From assembly GCA_016934595.1 (NCBI GenBank), contig JAFGSM010000151.1:1-59686 (forward strand): a stretch of DNA of 59,686 nucleotides, given 5' to 3'. Of this stretch, positions 19,644 through 27,767 are shown in pieces. Under the pieces are notes generated by a model. The model was not told the origin of the DNA and did no database searches. It saw only the letters and a list, made by a program, of their open reading frames with translations. The translations under genes were made by a program, and so were the position numbers. Positions within the stretch are counted from its first letter, which is position 1. Every line of letters starts with the position of its first letter. The DNA comes from a bacterium (GTDB lineage Bacteria > SZUA-182 > DTGQ01 > JAFGSM01).

Positions 19644-20144
19644 TTATTTCCTTTTCATTATTTCCTTTTCCAGTTTTAAAATCTGATCCAGCCTTCTATC
19701 ATGTCTTCCAGAGGGATCGCAATAGTGTGTATTGAGCCAGACATTTGTTATTTCTTCTGCAATGCCTTTTCCAAGCACCCTTCCTCCTAAAACAAGGACA
19801 TTGGCATTATTATGCTCCCTGCTCATACGGGCTGTATAAATGTCATTGCAAAGCGCGGCCCTTACCCCTGGAAACCTGTTGGCCACTATGGACATCCCAA
19901 TGCCTGTGCCGCAGATAAGTATACCCCGCCCAAACTTGCCGTTGGATATATCCCTTGACAAGTTTATCCCTATTTCGGGATAGTCAAAACTTTCAGATGT
20001 TAAACATCCGAAATCTTCCACATGAAAGCCTTCTTTTCTTAAAAAAACCTTCAGATGCTCCTTTAGCTCCCACCCTCCGTGGTCGCTGCCAATAGCTATA
20101 ACCTCTTGACTTTTTTTAGATCTATTTTGTCCTCTGGCATCCAT
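19644..20144 (-). CDS. rpiB: Ribose-5-phosphate isomerase B
   Basis: 166 aa with the GSDHGG and ICGTGIGMSIVANR motifs of the RpiB/LacAB family. Confidence 0.88.
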   Translation of the reverse strand: MDARGQNRSKKSQEVIAIGSDHGGWELKEHLKVFLRKEGFHVEDFGCLTSESFDYPEIGINLSRDISNGKFGRGILICGTGIGMSIVANRFPGVRAALCNDIYTARMSREHNNANVLVLGGRVLGKGIAEEITNVWLNTHYCDPSGRHDRRLDQILKLEKEIMKRK

Positions 20145-20152
20145 AAGATATT

Positions 20153-20199
20153 TTTAAAAAAAAGGGGTTTGGAAGCAAAATCCCAAAACCAAACCCCTT
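20153..20199 (-). terminator. Rho-independent terminator downstream of the tetrahaem cytochrome gene
   Basis: On the minus strand, aaggggtttgg, a 16-nt loop and ccaaacccctt form an 11-bp perfect stem (20162-20172 / 20189-20199). A run of T follows (A-run 20156-20163 on the plus strand). Confidence 0.7.
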
Positions 20200-20242
20200 G
20201 CCTATGTCTGTAAAATTAAAACTATAAAAAAATCTATTCCGT

Positions 20243-20719
20243 CTAATTTAGCCCTGCCTGCTCGGGATGGCACCAGACACAGAAAGCCTGGGTGTTGCCT
20301 GCCGAAACCTTTGGGCCCCTCAGATACATATAGTTAGGATTGGAAGGGTGCGGGTCATGACAGCCCATGCATGTGAGCAATTCTTCCTCTCCCTTAAATC
20401 CCTTTGCCTCAGAAGGAAGTTTTATCTTCACGGGTTTTATGCCGCATGGATGCGTGCTTTCCATAGAAACCGGACGATAACCCAAGCCATTAGGCTCCTG
20501 TGCATGACAAGCCATACATATCGAATCGATTCTCCCCAGCGGTCCGCTCGTTGCGGGATTAATGGTCGTAGTGTCAGGCCTTGTAGTCAGAAGTCCTGGC
20601 CCTATGGCAGTATGGGCGCCATGACACAGTGCGCACTCCTCATGACCTTCGCCTGCAAAGACAAGGGCAGGGATTAACAATAAGATTAACACGAAATAAA
20701 GACAATATTTTTTCATCAT
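20243..20719 (-). CDS. Tetrahaem c-type cytochrome, secreted
   Basis: 158 aa. Signal peptide MMKKYCLYFVLILLLIPALVFA. Four CxxCH sites (CALCH, CMACH, CMGCH, CVWCH). The CMGCHDPH...YLRG...CVWCH arrangement resembles the doubled-CXXCH units of the giant cytochromes downstream. Confidence 0.85.
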   Translation of the reverse strand: MMKKYCLYFVLILLLIPALVFAGEGHEECALCHGAHTAIGPGLLTTRPDTTTINPATSGPLGRIDSICMACHAQEPNGLGYRPVSMESTHPCGIKPVKIKLPSEAKGFKGEEELLTCMGCHDPHPSNPNYMYLRGPKVSAGNTQAFCVWCHPEQAGLN

Positions 20720-20825
20720 TACACCTCCTTTCTCAGGTGATTAACCAAATCATCAGTCCATCATATTATATAACCACCCAATGTTTGTCAAGCAGAAAAA
20801 CCCAAAAAACAGAATCATTTCAGAA

Positions 20826-21863
20826 TCATTTATTAATGTCTTCAACGGCCGATGACCCGATTTCAGCAAGACTCATCTGCTCGCGTGACAGATAAAAAAG
20901 GCCCATAAAGACAACAGGAATAATGCAAACCGCATGGCTGACAAGGGCGAAACTCTTTGCCTTATCAACAGTTACCCCCAGCAATATAAGGGCCTCCGAA
21001 CTGGCCAGGTGAAATGTGCCGACATAGCCTGGCGAAGAAGGAAGCATCACTACTATTGCCACAGCCACCATGACAAGAATAGAGCTGAAATAGCTCAATG
21101 GCATTGAAAAAGCAGGAAAGAGCAGGTAAAACCCAAGGGCGGCGACAAGCCATAAAAATATTGAGTAAATGCTGATGGAAACCATATGCCTGCCTCTCTT
21201 CAGAGACTCAAGACCTAATACAAAGGAATTATAAAATATCTCAATCCTTGAGACAAAGCCCTGCGGAAGGTATTTAAAAAGGGTGGCATTCATTACCAGC
21301 CAGACATTCCTGGGCTTCCAACACAAGAGGATTAAAACAGAGATAACCAGGCCGTAAAAAAAAGCAGTAAGAACAACCGCCAATTTCAGAAATGGAACGG
21401 TTATGTAACTTCCATGTGTATCTTCAGGAAAAGGATATATGGCTACAACCACAATAAGCATGAACAAAAGGACCAGTCCGTCAAAGAGCCGTTCGATCAC
21501 TATGGTTGCAAAAGAACTTGTTTTGCTGACATGTTCCCTCTTTCCGATGATATATGCCCGTATGAACTCCCCAGCCCTTGCAGGCAAAAGGCTGTTTCCC
21601 ATAAAACCAATACATTCTGCGGAAAAAAGGCTTGAAAATCTTATCCTTTTAATAGGGTCCATTAGATATTTCCATCTTTCTGCCCTGATTAAAAATATCA
21701 AGGTGTTGACAATCAAAGAAAGCAGTACATAAAAGTAGTTTGCCTCCCTTGTGGCCTTCCAGACCTTTCCAATGTCCATACCCCTTATGAATAAGAAGAA
21801 AAAAATGCCGCTTATCAATATCCCTATCCAAAACTTATACCGCTTTTTCAAATAAACCTCCAT
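20826..21863 (-). CDS. UPF0104 / lysylphosphatidylglycerol-synthase-TM-region-like (flippase-like) membrane protein
   Basis: 345 aa, polytopic. RAERWKYL and AGEFIRAYII motifs are typical of the family. It lies adjacent to a glycosyltransferase. Confidence 0.6.
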   Translation of the reverse strand: MEVYLKKRYKFWIGILISGIFFFLFIRGMDIGKVWKATREANYFYVLLSLIVNTLIFLIRAERWKYLMDPIKRIRFSSLFSAECIGFMGNSLLPARAGEFIRAYIIGKREHVSKTSSFATIVIERLFDGLVLLFMLIVVVAIYPFPEDTHGSYITVPFLKLAVVLTAFFYGLVISVLILLCWKPRNVWLVMNATLFKYLPQGFVSRIEIFYNSFVLGLESLKRGRHMVSISIYSIFLWLVAALGFYLLFPAFSMPLSYFSSILVMVAVAIVVMLPSSPGYVGTFHLASSEALILLGVTVDKAKSFALVSHAVCIIPVVFMGLFYLSREQMSLAEIGSSAVEDINK

Positions 21864-21871
21864 AATATCTT

Positions 21872-21985
21872 GACGGCCTCATAAAAAGTCGCCAAACCAC
21901 TGGCTCCGGCGAAAGCCGGAGACCATAACAATCTGAAAACACTGAATTCCGTGTCAGGCACGGAACTTTTATACGAAAATAATCT
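21872..21985. repeat. Miniature inverted-repeat element, family 1, copy C (one end degenerate)
   Basis: Left end gacggcctcataaaaagt (21872-21889). Internal hairpins ctccggc-gaaa-gccggag (about 21903-21920) and ttccgtg-tcagg-cacggaa (21947-21965). The right end acttttatacgaaaa matches the TIR only partly. Confidence 0.5.
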
Positions 21986-22130
21986 GTCAACTATATCCAA
22001 ACTTTACCGTTATGGCAAGTATTATGACATCCATGTCCCACCAAGTATGATTTTCGACATGGCGCCATGTTCAATCCGAAAAGCTAAAATCATCTAAATC
22101 CCTTATCATAATCTGATAGTTATCGGATCG

Positions 22131-23234
22131 TCAAAGAAAAAACCTGATATTTTCCCTCACATCGAAATGCCTTTTTACCCTTTCACGGGCGGTGTACCTG
22201 AAATTCTCCCTAACCTTGTCGTACCTTAGCATCTTTATTATCTTTATCATCCCCGCCACATCCTCCTTATTCACTCTGAATCCTATATCCTTGTTGACGA
22301 TCTCAGGAAATGCCGATTCATCCGATGTGATGCAAGGCAAACCGCATGCCGCGGCTTCAATCACTGATATGCCAAACGCCTCATACTGACTCAACAAGAC
22401 AAAGATATCCGATGCGCTGTAAAGGGAAACAGTTGACTCTACTTCCCCCAAATATAAAACATCATTATTTAACCCGAATCTATCTATTTCCATCATTAGG
22501 AATTCTATGTCTTTTTTGCTTCCGTACCCTGCAATGACATATTTTATCCTCAACCCTGAATCAATCAATTCCCTCATTGCAGGAAAAACCTTTCTTATGT
22601 TCTTTTGAAAAGCAAGGGCTGAAGTGGTCAATAAAACTAATTCATCCCCTCTCAAACCAAGCTCTTCCCTTTTCTTCTTCCTCAATTCCCCGCAATAATA
22701 AAACCTGTCCAAATCAACCCCATTATATGAGACAAAAACCTTTTCGGGATTTATAATATTCTCAACAGTCTTTTTTACATAGTCGCTTACGGCGATTATC
22801 TTATCCGCCTTGTCAAATAGTCCGATATTCAAGCCCCTTTTATACAATTTGGAGAAAAGCAGATAATCTTTTTCATAAGCCATATGGAGCAAGACATTAT
22901 AATGGAAATCCCTCCTGATCCTTTTTGCAGTCACAGCAGCATATGCCTCTCCAAATCCTAAAGATATATTTATTGAGTCGAATCTATTTGTCAGGAAAAA
23001 CCATAAAAATCCTGGTATTGACGTAATCCTCTTATATCTATAATGGGGGATATAGAGGCAATTTACACCCCTGTCAAGGTATCTTTCCGGCAGCCTGTCT
23101 TTTCTGTAAGGGCAGATAACGTAAACCTTTTTGCCAATAGAAGTCAATGCATTTGAGACATCTATAGTATATCTTGTTATGCCCCGAAGATCCTTGAATA
23201 AATAAAGGTATGCAAAACATATAGAATCGGGCAT
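22131..23234 (-). CDS. Glycosyltransferase, GT4 (group 1) family
   Basis: 367 aa, GT-B fold pattern with an EAFGISVIEAAACGLPCITSD (E-x7-E-like) motif. Confidence 0.8.
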   Translation of the reverse strand: MPDSICFAYLYLFKDLRGITRYTIDVSNALTSIGKKVYVICPYRKDRLPERYLDRGVNCLYIPHYRYKRITSIPGFLWFFLTNRFDSINISLGFGEAYAAVTAKRIRRDFHYNVLLHMAYEKDYLLFSKLYKRGLNIGLFDKADKIIAVSDYVKKTVENIINPEKVFVSYNGVDLDRFYYCGELRKKKREELGLRGDELVLLTTSALAFQKNIRKVFPAMRELIDSGLRIKYVIAGYGSKKDIEFLMMEIDRFGLNNDVLYLGEVESTVSLYSASDIFVLLSQYEAFGISVIEAAACGLPCITSDESAFPEIVNKDIGFRVNKEDVAGMIKIIKMLRYDKVRENFRYTARERVKRHFDVRENIRFFL

Positions 23235-23407
23235 TGATCAAACCTCGGGATTAGGATGAAATATTTATTATGACATATCGTATAATAAATATTGAAAAAA
23301 AGATAAGATTTCAAGCCGTTTGTCATTCCTTCTTTTTTTATTTTTATTTATAATGTGATATTACTTGATATTGAAAATCACAAAGATATATATTGGAGGG
23401 GATGCAT

Positions 23408-25093
23408 ATGAACTGTACTGAAAGGTATAACCTTCTAATAACATGGAAGAATATATCCAGACTATTTCTGTTTTCCGGATTGATTTTGATCTTTATTATT
23501 TCAGGGTGCGGGCGTAAAAATGAAAAGATCGTAGCACAGGTGAATGGAGAAAAGCTCATGGCACAGGATTTTATCGAATTCTATAAGACACGTCCCAGGG
23601 TTGCAGACTGGACATCCCGTTCAGGAAAGCTCGACCCAAATCAGGTCATGGACGCGCTTATTGACAAGGTCTTGATGACACAGGAGGCAATAAAAACTGG
23701 GCTTGACCGTCTTCCGGGTTTCGATAAACAGTTAGATGGATTAAAAGAACAGGAATTGGCAAATCTATTCGTAAAAAAATGGTTTGACACTAAAATAGAT
23801 ATCTCTGATGAAGAGATTGAAAAGGCCATACCCGATTACAAGAAAAAGGAGATTAAATTTGCCAGGATATGTGTCCTTACAGAGTCTATGGCATGGGAAA
23901 TCAAAAAAGAACTGGATGAAGGGGGGGATTTTTCTTACCTTGCCCGAACAAAGTCCATAGGCATGGAAGCAGAAAATGGCGGCGTAGGGGATTTTCTCAG
24001 CCCACATCGCGGGATCTATCATAAGGATGTCATAGAAGCGATTTTCAACCTGCAAATCGGCGAAATCAGCCCTCCGCAAAAAATCCGTGAAGGATTTGCC
24101 ATCTTCAAACCTGTCGAGGAAAGGCCAATAGACCCTTCCGAATTGGATCAGATAATGCAGTATCAAAAGTCTTTGATATTCAGGGAGAAGAGGAACCGGC
24201 TTATCACGGATTTTCTTGATAAGGCAAAAAAAACCAGGAATGTCATGATAAATAACAATGCGATCAAGGAAATCTCATCCATGGGAACCCCTTTCCAGGA
24301 GCACTATGATCCTGTTCTTGCCGAAGGCAAAGGGTTTAAGATTAGTTGGGGGGATTTAAAGACTTTACTGCCCAAACCTGGCCAGGGGGAAAAGGCGATA
24401 TGGGAGGATCCGAATCTGCTCTCCAGTATAGTTGAGTCCAGGATAAGGCAGCGCCTTATCGTTCTTGAGGCACAAAAGAAAGGGTTCGACAAAGACCCTG
24501 ACCTTAACAGGGAGTTGACGAGATTCAAACAGGATTTTCTCTCAAGACAGCTAATCGTCAATGATGTGGAAAGTAAAATCGTGGTCACGGAAGATGAATG
24601 CCAAAAATATTATCAGGAAAACCCGGGTCTATTTTTCGAGCCTGAAATGGCCAAAATAAGCCATATACTTATCAAGGACAAACAAAAGGCGCAGGAGATC
24701 CTATCAAGGCTGAAAATAGGCGAGGATTTTGCGAAATTGGCCAAAGAGCACTCGGAGTATAAGGCAACATCTATAAGGTATGGGGACATGGGTTTTATAC
24801 GCCAGGGACAAAGCGGAATGGGTCAGGAATTCGACCAAAAGGCATTTTCCCTTCAAAAGGGCGAGATAAGCGACCTTGTTGAAACACCCTTTGGATATCA
24901 GATTATATATGTAACTGAAAGGACGCCTGCCGGGGTTATCCCCTTTGAAAAGGCAAAAGACAAGATAAGGCAGGAATTAATAAATCAGAAAAGGCAGGGC
25001 CATTTTAGATCATATTTGAATGTGTTGCGCAGCAAGGCCAATATCATCATTGATGAAAAATTGTTTGCCGAGATATCCCATGGCCTCGATTAA
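23408..25093 (+). CDS. Parvulin-type peptidyl-prolyl isomerase, SurA/PpiD-like
   Basis: The track start is a TTG at 23393. I prefer the ATG at 23408, 8 nt after ggagg (23395-23399). N-terminal TM/lipoprotein-like segment LILIFIISGCG. C-terminal rotamase domain ISHILIK...GDMGFI...PFGYQIIYV. Confidence 0.82.
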   Translation: MNCTERYNLLITWKNISRLFLFSGLILIFIISGCGRKNEKIVAQVNGEKLMAQDFIEFYKTRPRVADWTSRSGKLDPNQVMDALIDKVLMTQEAIKTGLDRLPGFDKQLDGLKEQELANLFVKKWFDTKIDISDEEIEKAIPDYKKKEIKFARICVLTESMAWEIKKELDEGGDFSYLARTKSIGMEAENGGVGDFLSPHRGIYHKDVIEAIFNLQIGEISPPQKIREGFAIFKPVEERPIDPSELDQIMQYQKSLIFREKRNRLITDFLDKAKKTRNVMINNNAIKEISSMGTPFQEHYDPVLAEGKGFKISWGDLKTLLPKPGQGEKAIWEDPNLLSSIVESRIRQRLIVLEAQKKGFDKDPDLNRELTRFKQDFLSRQLIVNDVESKIVVTEDECQKYYQENPGLFFEPEMAKISHILIKDKQKAQEILSRLKIGEDFAKLAKEHSEYKATSIRYGDMGFIRQGQSGMGQEFDQKAFSLQKGEISDLVETPFGYQIIYVTERTPAGVIPFEKAKDKIRQELINQKRQGHFRSYLNVLRSKANIIIDEKLFAEISHGLD

Positions 25094-25102
25094 TGGGATT
25101 CT

Positions 25103-25205
25103 CCAGCAATTCTCATTTTGACCAATTTCTATGCCATATATTGTATATTTAGGCAGAAAATATATTGTATGCTGTGACCAAAAGCGTCAGAATGAGAATT
25201 GCTGG
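25103..25205. repeat. Palindromic intergenic element, family 2, copy 1
   Basis: Perfect 15-bp inverted ends ccagcaattctcatt (25103-25117) and aatgagaattgctgg (25191-25205). The whole ~100-bp unit recurs in reverse orientation at 59600-59686. It sits between convergent genes, 10 nt after the stop at 25093. Confidence 0.7.
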
Positions 25206-25211
25206 GAATTC

Positions 25212-26222
25212 TCACATAACCTCAGCCAATTCAGTCACGCAACGGGGCTGCTTAAGCCTGTTAAAGGCCTTTTCTTCAAGCTGGCGAATCCTTTCACGGG
25301 TTATCTTAAAATGACCGGCTATTTCATCAAGCGAACTTTCCGCATTGCTCCCTATTCCATAATGCATCTCTATGATCTTTTTTTCCCTCTCCGGGAGTGT
25401 ATTCAGGAGATCTTTTATCTTCTCTGAAAGGTCCCGGGTCATAATTCTGTCTATTGGCGTGGACAGCCTCTTATCTTCTATACAATCCGGGACACTTAAA
25501 TTTCCGTACTCCTCTGCTGGATCGTCTGTGGAAAAAGGGGCTTTTATAATATCTAAAATCTCCTGTATATCTTTTATCCTCAATTGCATTTCATCAGCAA
25601 TTTCTTGCAGATCCTGGCCTTTACTCTTTTTGTGGTCGATTCGTCTGTAAACCTTTAACAACGCATTTATATTATAAAGCAAATAAACAGGTATGTGAAT
25701 TATTCTTGCCTTACTTGCCGCCGCGCGGCTTATGGCTTGTCTTATCCACCATACGGCATAAGTGCAAAATCTATATCCACGATGGTGATCAAATTTTTCC
25801 ACAGCCTTTATAAGTCCAATATTGCCTTCCTGCACCAAATCCGAAAAAGGCAGTCCGCAATTTATGTATCTTTTGGCTATGCTCACCACAAGGCGAAGGT
25901 TTGCCTCGATTAACCCGGCCCTTGCGTTGTCATCCCCCTCCGCTGCCCTCTTTGCCAGGTCTATTTCCTGCTCCTTTGTCAGAAGAGGGATTTTACTTAT
26001 CTGGCTAAGGTAAAACCTTATTTGACTATTGCCCCCTTCATCAAGGAGTTTATTCGTTTCTGTGTATAGATCATCAACCGTAACATTTTCCGCTTCTTTA
26101 TTGGACCTTTTTGAGATCGGATTAAATCGGGGGTTCGTTTTAGGACGCTTTATGTAACCCGCAAAACACATGGAATCCGATTTTTTTTGCTTATATCTGT
26201 TTTGAAAATCCCTATCGGACAT
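25212..26222 (-). CDS. RNA polymerase sigma-70 family factor, RpoD/RpoS type
   Basis: 336 aa. Region 2 [42 protein letters not shown]. Region 4 [16 protein letters not shown]...[28 protein letters not shown]. Confidence 0.88.
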   Translation of the reverse strand: MSDRDFQNRYKQKKSDSMCFAGYIKRPKTNPRFNPISKRSNKEAENVTVDDLYTETNKLLDEGGNSQIRFYLSQISKIPLLTKEQEIDLAKRAAEGDDNARAGLIEANLRLVVSIAKRYINCGLPFSDLVQEGNIGLIKAVEKFDHHRGYRFCTYAVWWIRQAISRAAASKARIIHIPVYLLYNINALLKVYRRIDHKKSKGQDLQEIADEMQLRIKDIQEILDIIKAPFSTDDPAEEYGNLSVPDCIEDKRLSTPIDRIMTRDLSEKIKDLLNTLPEREKKIIEMHYGIGSNAESSLDEIAGHFKITRERIRQLEEKAFNRLKQPRCVTELAEVM

Positions 26223-26487
26223 TTTCGCTTTCCTTTGTAATTCGATGATCTATAGATGTTCCATCTGCAATTCATAGCAATAAAACAGCAATTTTTTCTA
26301 AAAAATTTAAAAGCAATAAATATGCCAAAATATTTATTGTCGATCTTTTTCGTATATTCTTCCGATAAAATTAAATAGCTGATAAAAAGCAAGCGTTACA
26401 CAGCGACGGCTCATTCGCTTATTAAAAAGGGATAGCCTAAAAGATGTTTTTTATGGGAATAAACAATTAATCAGAATCCACTAATCT

Positions 26488-27519
26488 ATGCTTAAACAAA
26501 CGACTGGATATAAAAACTCAGAAGATGTTATTCTCATCGCCGATGACGACAAAGAGGTCAGATCGACTTTAAGCGATATCCTTGAATACAACAAATTCAA
26601 TGTGATGCAGGCAGAAAACGGAGAAGATGCCATAAGGATTGCTAAAGAAGCCAAGCCCCATCTTATACTCCTTGATATTCTAATGCCGGTGCTGGATGGA
26701 TACGAAACCTTTAGGCTTTTAAAAGAAGATAAAAAGACAAAGGATATCCCTGTATTATTCGTAAGTGCATTATCTGGAGAAAAGGATCAGATCAACGGAT
26801 TGAAGTTAGGCTCATTAGATTATATTGTGAAGCCGTTCAACCAAGAGACCCTTATCCCAAAAATCTTAACCCATGTTGAACATAGAAAAAGACAGATTGA
26901 AGAGACCTGTCTGGAAAAGGCCCTTCTGAGAACAAATGAGCTTGAAAGGAAGGGCATCGAATATGAAATGCACGAATATCTTTGTCAGAACCTTGTGGCA
27001 ATTGATATGATGATGGAAAAATTAGATAAATCTCAAATCAGGGAGATTTTCAACCATACTCTTGACAAGGCGGTCGTTCTGGCAAACAAAGCATATCCTG
27101 TAAGCATGAGAATGGGATACGGCATTGTTTCGGCATTAGAGGAATTGCTATCTCTAAAAAATGAAAATCTTGGTGCAAATTGCAGACTGGAATATATAGA
27201 CAGATCCATTCCTGATCATTTCACCGAAACCGCATTACAGATCTATCGCATTGCTGGAAGGTCTATAAAGAATGCGATAAAATTCTCAAAAGCGACGGAT
27301 ATATCTATTAGCCTTGCCAGAGAAGAAGATATGATAATTTTAAAGATAGAATATGATGGCATAAATCTTTTCGAAATATCCGATGATATGGATGTCAAGT
27401 CGGAGGTAAAAACCTTGAGCCACCTGGCAAAGATATTCGAAGCCTCATATGAAATCGAGTCAAGCGCTTCAGGCAAGACCGCTGTAAAGGTGTCCTTTCC
27501 ATATATGGCATTGTTATAG
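26488..27519 (+). CDS. Receiver domain fused N-terminally to a HisKA_3-type histidine kinase core (REC-HisKA_3-HATPase)
   Basis: 343 aa. REC (IADDDKEV...LLDILMPVLDGYE...VKPF). H-box-like YEMHEYLCQNLVAI. ATPase region IYRIAGRSIKNAIKFSKAT...LKIEYDGINL. Confidence 0.65.
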   Translation: MLKQTTGYKNSEDVILIADDDKEVRSTLSDILEYNKFNVMQAENGEDAIRIAKEAKPHLILLDILMPVLDGYETFRLLKEDKKTKDIPVLFVSALSGEKDQINGLKLGSLDYIVKPFNQETLIPKILTHVEHRKRQIEETCLEKALLRTNELERKGIEYEMHEYLCQNLVAIDMMMEKLDKSQIREIFNHTLDKAVVLANKAYPVSMRMGYGIVSALEELLSLKNENLGANCRLEYIDRSIPDHFTETALQIYRIAGRSIKNAIKFSKATDISISLAREEDMIILKIEYDGINLFEISDDMDVKSEVKTLSHLAKIFEASYEIESSASGKTAVKVSFPYMALL

Positions 27520-27648
27520 GCAGAGTATTGTTACTTTCCTAAAAAAATCGGAATATATATTTTTTCCCCTATCCATCAAAGACCAGAAAACATTTTTTTC
27601 CCTTCGGCTGAATTTCCCTTGTTGAACATAGAGTTTCTAAATGATACT

Positions 27649-27663
27649 TTTTTACGAGGCCAC
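27649..27663. repeat. Solo end of a family 1 element
   Basis: tttttacgaggccac matches the family 1 terminal repeat. No partner end was seen in the preceding 130 nt. Confidence 0.4.
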
Positions 27664-27767
27664 CAAACATAAAAACCCGTTGATATTAAGCAGGATTGTC
27701 GAAAATAATATCAGTATAACCATGTAAAGACAGGTTTTTTAAATCATAAAGTTTAACAGGAGCGAGG

